From Cyanophora paradoxa CCMP329 (taxonomy: Eukaryota; Plantae; Glaucophyta), in contig QPMI01000039.1 in assembly GCA_004431415.1 (NCBI GenBank), forward strand, positions 620,001 to 684,000: a DNA stretch of 64,000 nucleotides, in the 5' to 3' direction. How positions within the stretch are numbered: the first letter of the stretch is position 1; every line of letters starts with the position of its first letter. The position numbers and the translations under genes are program-made. A model generated the notes under the pieces. That model was not told where the DNA came from, searched no databases, and saw nothing but the letters and a program-made list of their open reading frames with translations. Shown piece by piece: positions 12,101-24,181 of this stretch.

Positions 12101-13290
12101 CGGGGGGGGCATCGTCTTCCACACGTCGGCGAAGGGCGTCGCGGAGGGCAACGACGTCTACGGCAACGCGCTCTCGGGCATCGTGATCGAGACCGGCGCG
12201 GACCCCGTCGTGCGGGGCAACAAGGTCCACGACGGCAAGGAGGCCGGCATCCTCGTGTTCGAGAACGGGCGGGGCACGGTCGAGGGCAACGACGTCTACG
12301 GCAACGCGAAGTCGGGCATCCAGATCTCGATCGGCGCTGACCCCGTCGTGCGGGGCAACACGGTCCACGACGGCAAGGAGGGCGGCATCTTTGTGTACGA
12401 GAACGGGCGGGGCACGGTCGAGGGCAACGACGTCTACGGCAACGTGAGCACGGGCATCGCAATCAAGACCGGAGCGGACCCCGTCGTGCGGGGCAACAAG
12501 GTCCACGACGGCAAGGAGGCCGGCATCCTCGTGTTCGAGAACGGGCGGGGCACGGTCGAGGGCAACGACGTCTACGGCAACGCGAACTTGGGCATCGTGA
12601 TCCAGACCGGCGCTGACCCCGTCGTGCGGGGCAACAAGGTCCACGACGGCAAGGCGGGCGGCATCCTCGTGAATGAGAACGGGCGGGGCACAGTTGAGGG
12701 CAACGACGTCTACGGCAACGTGCAGCCCGGCATCGGGATCTCGACCGGCGCTGACCCCGTCGTGAAGGGCAACAAGGTCCACGACGGCAAGCAGGGCGGC
12801 ATCTTCGTGTGTGAGAACGGGCGGGGCACGGTCGAGGGCAACGACGTCTACGGCAACGCGTTCTCGGGCATCGAGATCAAGACCGGCGCGGACCCCGTCG
12901 TGCGGGGCAACAAGGTCCGCGACGGCAAGCTGGAAGGCATCTTTGTGTACGAGAACGGGCGGGGCACCGTCGAGGGCAACGACGTCTACGGCAATGCGCT
13001 GGCGGGCATCCAGATCAAGACCGGCGCGGACCCCGTCGTCAAGGGCAACCGGTGCGCCCTGGAGCTCCTCTGTGCCTAGTCCCTCCACATCTCCTCGGCC
13101 CCTGACACCCGCCCCCCGCAGGGTCCATGACCAGAAGTTGGGGATCGTCGTGCGAGACAGCGGCAAGGGGACCATCTCTGGGAACACGCTCGAGCGCATC
13201 TCGGACCCCGAGTTCGCAGTGAAGTGCAGCGGCGTCTGGGTACAGAGCGGCTGCACCCCGGTCGTGCAGGGGAACACTTTCCGCCAGTAG
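9168..13290 (+). CDS. Gene A copy 2: MLKL-like four-helix bundle + brace/coiled coil + TKL-type protein kinase + FBXO11-type right-handed beta-helix (~17 exons)
   Basis: Spliced N-terminus MDFLGTLQGIIDVALRIKEQADAAKANRAKCSRLARRVADLAPALKQV...AAREAEALVAKFGGRGFMMRFIKAGDDAAAFEEAHFAI. Kinase motifs LGEGAMGRVF, VAVKK, HPNILQFYG, HGDLKPANVL, DFG, GTPNYGPPE, DVFAFG, CWEEDPARRP. Then ELSVRPGESVAAAVARAAPGQTVRIQPGRYEEQLVLDK and ~7 46-aa repeats. Confidence 0.88.
12147..13050 (+). repeat. 138-bp (46-aa) intron-free coding repeat array, ~6.5 units
   Basis: Unit GNDVYGN-xxx-GIxIxxGADPVV(R/K)GN(K/T)VHDGK-xx-GIxVxENGRGTVE; scaffold DNA is nearly invariant between units. Confidence 0.95.
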
Positions 13291-13987
13291 CGCTAGCGCT
13301 CAAGTTTTGTACGCGAATTGATGAAGTCCTCCGGCCGCCGGCTCGAATCCAGGCAAGGCTGACTCGGAGAGAGCGAGCCCGATGCCAATCGCTATGGCGC
13401 GGATTGCGATCGACGTCGACGGCCGCGGACATGGCCGACGGATGGAGAGGAGCAAACTGCAATACGCGGAATCGGCGGGGCCGCGAACTCCAAGCCGCCA
13501 GCGCACCCGGCCGATGAGAAGAGTCGCCCGCGCCTCGACCTCCGAGCCCGGAGCCCCGCGGCAAGAGAGGACCGCAGCTTCGGTCATATTTACTATATAT
13601 TTGCTAGTTTGTCAAGCGAGAGGCACCGGTGGCGTACGCGTGGTCGCCTGGCCGCGCCGCGGCCGGTGGGAGTGGCCGGCCATGTGCTGGCGAGCTCCCG
13701 CGGGCAGTTTGAGCTCGGCGACGCATCCGATGGTGCCTATGCGCCACCCGGCCACTCCGCCCCGCGCGCCGCCCCGCGCGCGCCTTGGCCCCCAGCATGA
13801 CAAGATGGGCCGGGGTCAGTACTAGTCTGCTGCGGTGCTGGCGGCGGCATGCACCTGGCAAAGTCCACGATCATCGTGGGCATCGGCTCCCGCGGGCAGC
13901 TCGAGCTGGGCGACGCATCCGATGGTGCAATGTGCCGCCCCGCGCGCCGCCCCGCGCGCGCCTTGCATTGGCCCCTGTGCCGCTAAC

Positions 13988-16900
13988 ATGGCGCGCGCGC
14001 CCTCTGCCTCAGTGTCGCCGAGCGACCACGATGCGCGGAAAGAGAGCGCGCGGGGAGAGAAAGCCCCCGACGGCCCCGCCGCGAGCAAGTACAAGAGCCT
14101 CAGGAGGCGGCCCTCCTCGTGCGCTGCCCCGTAGTGCCCCGCCCCGCCCCCCCCCGCGCCGCGCCGCGCCGCGGCGGCCGACAAGCGCCCCGCGCCCCGC
14201 AGCATTGCGTTCCTGAAGGCTGAGCTCGGAAACATCAAGACGCTGCAGGGCGAGATCCGCCGCGTCATCGACGACCTGAGCCACGGTGCCTCGAGCTCGC
14301 GCGCGCGGGCGCGCGGGGCGTCGCAGCTAAAGCGACGCCGGGGTGGGGCGGGCAGACGCGGAGGGGGAGCGGGGCCTGGCGCTGGAGGTGGCGCAGGACG
14401 GCGTGCACGACATCGTCGCCGAGTCCCTCCTCACCCTCCGCGCCTCCGTGCGCCCCGCGCGCGTGCACTAAGCTGAGCGTGCTCGCCCCGCGCTGATCGG
14501 GGGCGGGGCAGGTGGACGCGCGCACGGCCGGCGACGCGTTTCGCGCCCTGCACATGATATGGAAGGGCGGGCGCAAGGTCCGGGCCCCGCCCTCCCCCCC
14601 CTCCCCCGCGCCCCCCGCGATGCGAGGCGTACCCCCCAGGGCGGGGCGGGTGCGATGTTCGAGAGGAACGAGGGGCTGCTGCCCTACGCGCGGGCCTCCC
14701 TCAAGGCCCCCTACGCCGGCCAGGTACCCCCCGCCCCCCCTCCCCCCCCGCGCCCCGCGATCGACCGCCTCCCCAGTACGCGCTGGCGCTGTTGGCGGAC
14801 GCGGCGACCTCCACCGCCCCAGGCGCGCCCCATCCCAACTGATTTGATCTCATCCGATCTGATCCAACCTCTCCGCGCAGTGGCGCAGCGGGTCTTCGAC
14901 CTGCTGGGCGGGGACGGCATGCTCGCCCTCTTCCAGATGGCCCGCGAGGCCTCCCGCGTGCGTCCGGCGGCGCTCGAACCCGCAGGGGGCCGCTTTCTTT
15001 CTCTCTGTCCTTAAGAGGCCGCCCGCAGGTGGAGGTGATGGAGAAGGCGTACAACCTCATCGCCTGCCTGGCCCAGGCGCTTGCTCTCCTCCCCTTGCTA
15101 CTCCGCCGCCGCCCCCCTCTCACAGCTTCCCGCCGCAGTGGCCGGCGCTGCGGGAGGCGTTCGCGGCGGGGGGCTACCACGCGATGGCCCTCGCCGACCT
15201 GCGCAACCCCATGCGCCAGAACAAATACGCGCGCCCCGTACCCCTCCCGCCCCGCCCCCTTCCCCGGGGCGCCCGCCTGACGCGCCCTGGCCCGCAGCGC
15301 CGCTCCCCCGCCCGCGTCCTCATGGGCCTCGCCCAGCACGGTCCGCTTCGCGTACCCCCCTCCGACCCCGCGTACCCCCTCCGATCCCCCCCCCCACCGC
15401 AGCGCCCATCCACGCGCGGCTCGCCGACGATCGCGCCCTCTCCGCCGCCGTCTCCCTCTCCATGTACCCCCCTCCCGCCCCGCCCCGCCCCTTCGCACCC
15501 CCCTGATCCTCCTCCCTCCCTCCCCCCCAAGGCACCCCGAGCAGGACCTGGTGGGGTACGGCCTCCGCGCGATGATCGGCTTCATGCAGGGGACGCGTGC
15601 GCCGCCTTCCCCCCCCTCCCACCCACCCCTCGTACCCCCTGACCCCCGCCCCCCTCCCCCCCGCAGCGTCGTTCCGGCAGAAGCTGGCGTGCGACATGGC
15701 GCACGTCGCCCGCCTCGCCGCCTCCCGCGACCGCGCCGAGGCCCACCTCGTCGCCCCGGGTACCCGAACCCCTTGGCCGGGGCCGGCCCGCCTCCTCCAG
15801 CGAGAGCTGACGCGGCATCGGCCCGCAGCGCTGCGGTGCGTGCGGCTGGCGGCGATGGACACGGGCGAGGTGGTGTCGCGCGACTGGATCGACCTCCAGA
15901 AGGAGCAGGAGGCAGCGATCCCGGGCCTCAAGGTGCGCGGCGGCGGGGGCTCTGGCCGCGCGGGGGCGGCGCGGTTCGGGGCGCCCGGCGCTCCGGATGC
16001 GCGGCGGGGCGCCTGATCCGATTCGATTCGATCTCATCTGATCCGATCTGAGCTCACCTGATCCGGTGCGCAGGAGCTGGGCCTCGCGGAGCAGTCCCTC
16101 CGCAAGGAGCTCGCGGCCCTCAACGGTGCGGTACCCCCCCAGGGGGGGGGGGAGGGCGGCTCTGAAGGGTCCCTCGCTCTCCCCCGCACGCAGGCGAGCG
16201 GGCGGTGGCGCGACTCTTCTCCGACAGCGACCGCATCTACTCCATGATCCAGGCGAGCGAGCAGGCGACCGTTCCTCCGCCCCGTTCTCCCGCCCCCTCA
16301 CGCCTGCGCCGCAGATCGTGGTGGGGGTGGGCCCCGCGTGGGCCGACGAGGGGGACGAGGCCCTCGCCTCGGGCGGCCGCTGGGCCCCCGTGCGCCCGCC
16401 CCGCCGCCCCGCCCCGCGCGGGATCGAATCCGACTGCTCGGGCGGCCGCTGACGCGCGGGGCGGGCGCAGGCCGCCGACGCGACGTACCTCCTCGCGACC
16501 GTCACCGCCCTCGGCGCGCCCCGCCCGCCCTCCCCCCCTCCCAGGCCCCCGCCCTCTCCTGAGAGCGCCCCGCCCGCCCCCCGCCCCGCCGGCCCCGCAG
16601 ACGCCGGCCTGAAGCTGCTGCTCCGGAACACCACCGCCTGCTCCATGGTCCAGGTGCCTTTTCGAAGGGGCGGGCGGCTCGCCCCGCGCCCACCTCACGC
16701 CCCGCCACAGGCGGCGTGCGCCTCGGAGCTGGAGCCGCTGCGGGAGCGCTGCATCGCGGCGACGCGCTGCATCGAGCGCGGCGTGGCCGCCGCCTTCGCC
16801 GACCCCGACCCCTCCGCCGACGCCTCCGCCACCGAGGTGGCCCCGCCCCGCCCGCTGCCTTCGCCCCGCGTTCCGCGCCTCACGCGCGGGCGGCGCCGCC

Positions 16901-19900
16901 TCAGGTGAAGCCGATCGAGGCGGGGGCCCCCGAGAACATCCGCAGCGTCGACAGCGACGAGCTCGAGGCGCGCCCTTCAGAGTCTCCTCTGTCTTTGTCT
17001 CTCGCGGCGTCTTACGCTCTGATCTTCTTTGCAGGCGCGGCGCGCGGCGTCGATGCGGCGGCGCTCGATGACGGGCGCCAGCGGGCGGCGCGGGAGCCTC
17101 ACCGGCGCCGGCGGGAGCGCCGGCCCCGGGCCGAGCGCCATACCCCCCTGGGTCGCGGGCCCCGGCGCCGGCCTCAGCAGCGTCGACTCGAAGGACTCGC
17201 TCGCCACCGTCACGTCGGCGCACGTGCGTACCCCCCTCCCCGCCCCCGCCCGGGGCCGCGCTGACGCGCCCGCTCAGTCCGTGGCGACGGTGGGGCAGCT
17301 GAGCCGCCGCGGGAGCGGGACCGTCAGCCACGTGCGCCCGTCCCGCCCCTTGGACTCTTTCTCGCCTTATCCGATCGGGGCGCAGGTCTGGGCAGACGCG
17401 CTGCGGCACGCCCACGAGGGCGAGCGCGACTCGCCCGCCTCGGAGCGCTCCGCCGGGGCTGCGCATGCCACGAGCCACCGCCGCCTCTCGCTCGCCGCGG
17501 CGGCCCCCCAGCACCGCTCCTCGGCCCGCTTCGCCGCCGCCGCGCCCCACGGGGATGTCCCGGACGAGGAGGCGGCGGGGGGCGCGCGGCTCGCCCGCTC
17601 CCTCAGCGTCCGGCGGGACTCGGCGCGAGAGGGCCCCGCGCACTCCCCGCAGCGCCGCCCCTCCCTCGCCCCCGCCGACCCCGCCGCCCTTCCCGCCGCG
17701 TGGGGCGAGCAGGGCGCGCCCCCCGTCGCCTGGAGCGCCCCCGCCCCCGGCCCCGCCCTCGCCTCGGTGAGAGCGGTACACCCCCCCGCGGCCGGGCGGG
17801 GCTGAGGCGCCTGTACCCCCGCAGAACTGGGGCCGCCGCCCCAGCGCCGACATGGCGCACGGCAGCCTTACCGCCGCCGACTTCCACGTGCATTCCCCTG
17901 TACCCCCCGCCCCGCCCGCAGTCTATTTATAGCTCGCGGCAGGCGGCGCAGGCGGCGGCGATCGCGGCGACGATGGCGGCCCTGGGCCTACCCCCTGGTG
18001 CCCCCCTCCCCCTCCTGGCCCTCCCCGTACCCCTCCCCGTCACCGGCGCCCCTCTTTCCGTCCCCGGCGCGCCCCTCCCCCTCCCCGGGGCCCCCCTACC
18101 AGCTCCCGTGTCCCCTCAGCATCCCCCTCCCGTACCCCCGTCCGCCTTCTCCCCCCACGCCGCCGTCTTCGACGCGGGAGCACAGGTACCCCCGCGCCCA
18201 CTCTTTGATGCTGGGGCAACCGCTGATCCGCCAGTACCCCCCAGGGACGGGTACACCAGCACCGCCACTCGCTGCCGGACCCGTCCATACCGGCGCCGGC
18301 GGAGGACGCGCCCCAGGACCCCCAGGCCTTCGCCGCCCCTACCCCCGCGCCGGGCCGCGGGCTGCCCCCCGCCGACTTCTTCCAGCCCGGGACCACCTCC
18401 TCCGTGCGCGTGCCCCCCTCGGCCCCGGCGCCGGCCTCACGGCCGCCCTGCGGCGGCGCAGAAGCGGGTGCGGAAGGCGAGCCTGTCGGAGGACGGGAGC
18501 CCTGCTACGGCGTCGGCGGCGGCGGCGGCGCTGGCGGCGATGGGGCACCCGCACCCCGTGCCCCGCATCCACACCCCGGGCTTCCGCTCGGGCTCGATCA
18601 GCATCCACCCGCCGGTGCTTTGCCTTGCCTTGCCTTGCTGCTCGCGATGCCCGCCGGGGCGCCGGCGTCTGATTCGCCGCAGGAGGACCGCCGGGCGAGC
18701 AGCTCGTCGCAGGGGAGCGCGGGGGCGGAGGAGGAGGAGCAGAGGGGGCAGCGCGGAGGGGCTAAGGAGGCCGCCTCGCCCCCGCTGCACACGGCGCCGG
18801 CGCCGGCGCCGCCCGGGGCCGTGCCGTCGTCGTCGACGCTGTCGCCGCCAGCCTCGGGCTTCCCCACCGGCGCCGGCCTCTCGCAGCGCTCCGAGGGCGA
18901 CACGTCGCGCCCCGCCACCGTGCGCCCCGAAGCCTCGAGGGCCGCTCGGGCGAGGACCTGAGGCGCCGCAGGGCCGGAGGCCGAGCATAAGCGCCGCGGG
19001 CAACGAGCAGCCGTCCTCCCGTCCCCCGACCGTGCGCGCCTTCGCACCTGTGCCCGCGCCCCGCCCCGAGCAGCGCCTGAGGCCGCCTTTGCGGGCCCCG
19101 CAGAGCCGGCGGCCGAGCGTGAGCGTCGCCGAGCCCGCCAAGGAGGAGCCTGTGAGCATCCTGAAGACGTCCAAGGTACTGTACCCCCGCTGAGCTTCGG
19201 CACGGTACCCCCCTGACGCCCGGGGGTAGAGCTTCAAGGCGAAGTCGTTCCGCTCGCGCTCCGTCTCTATCGACCCCGCCGCCCTCCCCGTGCGCCCCGT
19301 ACCCCCCTCGCTCCCCCCCCCTCGTATTTAGAGCCCGGCCCGTCCAGAAGCTGGACGACGACGCGGCGGCGGCGGCGGCGGGCCCCGAGACGGGCCGCCT
19401 CAGCTCGCGCCGGGCCAGCGTGCCGGCGGCCGGCGGGGCCGCGGACGGCGCGGGGGTACGGCCGCCGCGGCCAGCAGCCTCTGGATCCGGCGGGAAAGGA
19501 CCCCGAGCCCGCGCCGGTGCGCCCCGCACCCCCGCCCCCTGTACCCCCTACCGGGCCTGAGGTTCGATCCGCAGGAGGCGGCGCCGGAGGGCCCGGACCC
19601 GGCGGTCTTCGCGGCGAGCCTCTCGCAGCGGCTGCGGGCGGCGGCGGGGGGCGGCGGGGCGCTGGCGGAGGCGGGCGGGGCGGCGGGGCCCCGGGGCCCT
19701 CCCGCTGCTCGCCCGCGTCGCCGCCCACGCCGACGCCCGCGCCGCCGCCATGCCGCCGCCGCCGCCCCCGCCCCAGGCCGCCCCCCCCTGCTCCCTCCTC
19801 CCGCCGCCAGTCCTTCTCCCTCCCGCCCCCCTGCCCATCGTGTACCCCTCCCGACCGCCGCGCCCGTGGCGGTGCCGTACCCCGCGGCGCTCGCGGCGGG

Positions 19901-19973
19901 CTTCGTGCCGCCCCTGCCCCCGATGCCGCCGCCCCCCCAATTCCTCCCGCACGCGTACGCCCCTCACGCGTAG
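13988..19973 (+). CDS. Gene B copy 2: alpha-helical (ARM/HEAT-like) N-terminal region plus long disordered C-terminal tail, function unknown
   Basis: Exons splice in frame: ...HDAEGERGLALEVAQDGVHDIVAESLLTLRAS|VDARTAGDAFRALHMIWKGGRK|GGAGAMFERNEGLLPYARASLKAPYAGQ|YALALLADAATSTAP..RVFDLLGGDGMLALFQMAREASR|VEVMEKAYNLIACLAQ|WPALREAFAAGGYH...DLVGYGLRAMIGF. The ARM assignment is by pattern only. A few frame slips occur in G/C runs near the 3' end. Confidence 0.7.
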
Positions 19974-21672
19974 ACGGCCACACAAGCGCTTGGCCGTGAG
20001 CAGCATGCGGAGCTCTCTCTCTTATTACATTACTTTCTCTCATCTACTCCTCTACTAAAGTTAGCCATAGTAGTCATGTTTTACACGCCGTGGCGCTATG
20101 AATTAGTATACGTACTTAGCTTCGACGTTAACAAGTAATGCGTATACGTAATGTATGCATGCGCAATTTTAACAGTTACAGCTTTAGATCTGGATTACTT
20201 TCAACAGGGCTACCTGTTTTGCGACTTCATTCGACGGGGTCTGGTGAGGGCGGGCGCCGGGCGGGAGGGCGGGCGCCGGGCCCCGGGCCCCTCTCCGGGC
20301 TCCGGGCTCGGCGCTCGTGCGCCGCCGGCGCCCCGGGCGCCTATCATAGTGCGACGACGGGTTACGCAGGCGGCCCCTGGCCGAGGGCGGGGAACCTGGC
20401 CGAGGTCGGGGGCAGGACCTGGCCGAGGGCGGGGGAGGAGGAGGGGCGGGGGGGCGCCGGCGCCGGCGCGGCCCGCGCGCTCCCCTCCGCCGGCCCGCGC
20501 CGGTCCCGGGGCGGGCCTCCGGGGCAGAGGATGACGGGGAGGCGGGGGCCGGCGCCGGCGAGCGCGGCGCCGGCTCCACTGAAGCGGCGCCGCGCATGCG
20601 CAAGGTCGGCGGAGGCGCCGGCGCCGCTGAGGCCTCCGGGCTGTCCTGCCGCCGCGCCGGGAGGCCTGGGGACAGCGGCTGTTCTCCGCGCACGCGGCGC
20701 CGGCACCGATCGACTTCACCTGCCGCCCCGTCGCGACGGAACGCAGCGGCGGCGCAACGGCGCGCGGCGGCGAGGGCGCGGCGGCACGCGGCGGGACTCG
20801 GGCGAGCGGCAGCGGATGGCGCGGGGCCTGCGCGGAGCCGGAGACCGCGTCGTCGCCCGCGGTTAGCGCGGCGGCGCTGCGCGGTGGAGGACCCTCCGGA
20901 AAGAATCAAACGGACGCACCGATCGTCCTCCATGCCAGCTCCCGCCTCGCGCCCGGCAGCAGCGCGGCGAGCGCCGGTCCCTCTCATGAGAGGAGTCGCT
21001 GGAGTGTGCGGGGGACGAGCACTCTGCGCATACAGCGGGGAAGTTTCAACGCCGCGGCGCTGCGCGAGGCCTACAGCGGGGCTTGCCCTCGCCTTGGATT
21101 CTAACCTTAGAGGCTTGGACAGCCTAGGACGTCGACTATTACATCTCTTAGCTTGTATAGAGCCGCAAGCGGCGGCGGCGGCAGGGGCCAGGGCCAGGCT
21201 AATGGCAGGCTTGGAAGGGGGGGTAGAGGGCGGTTGGGTCGCGACTGCGTCAGCACATCGAGAGGCACACGCGGCGGAGGCGCGCTCGGCGGATCATTAG
21301 AGCACGGGCGGAACCGTACTGGTGCGCGCAGCGCGAATCACCGGGGCCGAAGTTTCATTAGCCTTTTCATGTTTCGTGTTGCTCTTTCCGGCTGAGCGAA
21401 CGAGCTTGGCTCTCCTCTAAGCGGGTAGTTTCCTTTGGCAGGCCGGGGCCGCCACGACCGAGGTCCGGTCATCGGCCGCCCGGCACGCGCGCGCCTATAG
21501 CTAGCTATCCCAATTTGCAACCGTTTAGCTGCTAGCGCTTAGGCCGACAGCTGCAGCTGCTCATGATCATAGACTCTCTTCGGAAGTTCCCCTTCAAGGC
21601 TTCGCCTAGCGCCGTTACCCATGCGCGGCGCGGGTGTGTGCGCAGCGCTGGCGGCGGCCCGCGGCCGGGGCG

Positions 21673-24181
21673 ATGGCGGCGGAGAGCTATGACCTCTTCC
21701 TCTCCCACAAGCAGAGCACGGGCGGCGACCTCGCCGGCCGCATCAAATCCGAGGTCCGCCCCCGTCGCCCGCCCGGCCCGCCCGCCCGGCCGGTTCGAGC
21801 TCCGCGGGCGCAGCTGGAGGTGCTGCGGCCGGGGATCCGCGTCTTCATCGACGTGGACGCTCTGGGCGACATCCACGACCTCGCGGCCGTCATCCGCAGC
21901 ACCCGCTGCTTCGTCCTCATCATCACGCCCGGTGCGCCGCGCGCGCCCGCACCAAAGAGAGCTCGATTCATGATCATCGCCCGCCGCTGCTTATATAATT
22001 ACGCGCGCTCGCTCGCGCCGCAGAGTGGCTGGAGAGCCTGTTCGTCCTGCGGGAGCTTGCCACCGCCGTCCGCGCGCAGCGCCGCATCCTCATCGTCTGG
22101 GACCGCGACCGGCTCCCCAACTTCCCCCAGAGTGCCCCCGCCCCCCAGCCGCTCTCCCGGCGGCCGCCGGGCTGTTAACGTTAAGGCGGCTGCAGTCGAC
22201 TCGCGGACGGTGCTGCCACGCATCGACGAGATGGGCGACGCCGAGCTGCGGGGGACCCTGCAGCGCGTCCTCATGATCAAGGCCCGCCTCGCTCGCCCCG
22301 CCGGCCCCGCTGCGCCCGGCGCGAGGGGCGGCGCAGGCGATTCCGTACATCCGGGAGAAGGCTTTCCGGGAGACGGCGCTGCGGGAGATCCTCCAGCGCT
22401 TCGACGCCGCCCAGCCCTTCCGCATGGACGCCGCCCCGGCCCCCGCCCCGGCCCCCGCCCCCATCAACCACGGCGCTGCGGCTGTGGTGCGCCGCGCGCG
22501 CCGCCGCTCAGCGGCTGCGGCTGCGCGGCGAAGTGACGCGGGGCGGCAGGCGGCGGACATGGCGCGCCTCTCCGTCTCCGTCCGCCCCCCCACCCCCCGC
22601 CCGCCCCGCCCTGCCGGCCCTGAGGCCCCGTAGGAGCTGAGCGTGCGGTCGGGGGAGAGCGTCGCGGCCGCCGTGGCGCGGGCCGCCCCAGGGCAGACAA
22701 TCCGCGTTCAGCCCGGCCGGTGCACATGCGTCCCTTCCCCGGCCCAGAGCGGCCCCTCGGACCGACCCGGCGCCGCAGGTACAAGGAGCAGCTGGTGCTG
22801 GACAAGGCGGTGCACGTCGTCGGGCCGCGGGAGGCCGTCCTCGAGTGGGACCAGAGCCCCACGCTGCACTGCAAAGGGCCTGTGGCGCCGAGCGTCAAGG
22901 GCATCACGATCCGGAACACGGGGCCGAAGAATGGGACACTGTGGATCACGGGCGGGAGCCAGGCGGTCGTGGAGGGCTGCGATGTGTCCAGCGCCGGCAT
23001 GAACGGCATCGAAGTCAAAGACGACGGGACGGCCCCGACGCTGCGCGGTGGGCGCCCCGGCCCACCCCCGCCCCCTGCCCTCCGTTTGACCGATTCCGCG
23101 ATGCGCAGGGAACGCGGTGCACGACTGCGGCGGGGCGGGCATCTTCTTCTACACGTCGGCAAAGGGCGTCGCGGAGGGCAACGACGTCTACGGCAACGCG
23201 AACTCGGGCATCCAGATCAGTGAGGGCGCGGACCCCGTCGTGAAGGGCAACAAGGTCCACGACGGCAAGGCGGCCGGCATGTACGTGCTGGAGAACGGGC
23301 GGGGCACGGTCGAGGGCAACGACGTCTACGGCAACGCGAACTCGGGCATCGCAATCAAGACCGGCGCGGACCCCGTCGTGCGGGGCAACAAGGTCCACGA
23401 CGGCAAGCAGGGCGGCATCCTCGTGTACGAGAACGGGCGGGGCACGGTCGAGGGCAACGACGTCTACGGCAACGCGAAGTCGGGCATCCAGATCTCGATC
23501 GGCGCTGACCCCGTCGTGCGGGGCAACACGGTCCACGACGGCAAGGCGGGCGGCATCCTCGTGAATGAGAACGGGCGGGGCACAGTTGAGGGCAACGACG
23601 TCTACGGCAACGTGCAGCCCGGCATCGGGATCTCGACCGGCGCTGACCCCGTCGTGAAGGGCAACAAGGTCCACGACGGCAAGCAGGGCGGCATCTTCGT
23701 GTGTGAGAACGGGCGGGGCACGGTCGAGGGCAACGACGTCTACGGCAACGCGTTCTCGGGCATCGAGATCAAGACCGGCGCGGACCCCGTCGTGCGGGGC
23801 AACAAGGTCCGCGACGGCAAGCTGGAAGGCATCTTTGTGTACGAGAACGGGCGGGGCACCGTCGAGGGCAACGACGTCTACGGCAATGCGCTGGCGGGCA
23901 TCCAGATCAGGGAGGGCGCGGACCCCGTCGTGCGGGGCAACCGGTGCGCCCGCGAGCTCCTCTGTGCCTATAATCCCCCCGCATCTCCTCCGCCCCTGAC
24001 ACCCGCCCCCCGCAGGGTGCACGACCAGAAGTACGGGATCTGCGTGCGAGACGGCGGCAAGGGCACCATTTCTGGGAACACGCTCGAGCGCATCTCGGAC
24101 CCGTCCTACGCGCCCTGCAGCGGCGTGAAGGTCCTCGACGGCTGCACCCCGGCCGTGCAGGGGAACACGTTCCGCCAGTAG
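21673..24181 (+). CDS. Gene A copy 3: SARM1-like TIR domain + FBXO11-type right-handed beta-helix
   Basis: Spliced MAAESYDLFLSHKQSTGGDLAGRIKSE|LEVLRPGIRVFIDVDALGDIHDLAAVIRSTRCFVLIITP|EWLESLFVLRELATAVRAQRRILIVWD...KAIPYIREKAFRETALREILQRF. A Pro/Ala linker follows, then ELSVRSGESVAAAVARAAPGQTIRVQPGRYKEQLVLDK and ~6 repeats. Confidence 0.9.
23177..23942 (+). repeat. 138-bp (46-aa) intron-free coding repeat array, ~5.5 units
   Basis: Same scaffold as 12147-13050; several units are identical to units of that array. Confidence 0.95.

Noticed and set aside
12147-13050. Constant/variable alternation resembling a CRISPR array or DGR target
   Set aside because: It is an in-frame protein repeat; the variable parts are homologous codons, not unique spacers. 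Changes are not adenine-specific, and no cas or reverse transcriptase gene is present.
11544-13277. 577-aa antisense ORF (and 23015-24565)
   Set aside because: Mirror of the GC3-biased beta-helix coding strand.
19640-19860. Frame slips in the gene B tails (also ~6580-6640) and in the histidine kinase as proof of pseudogenes
   Set aside because: They fall in G/C homopolymer or GCG runs where long-read assembly errors are common; undecidable without reads.
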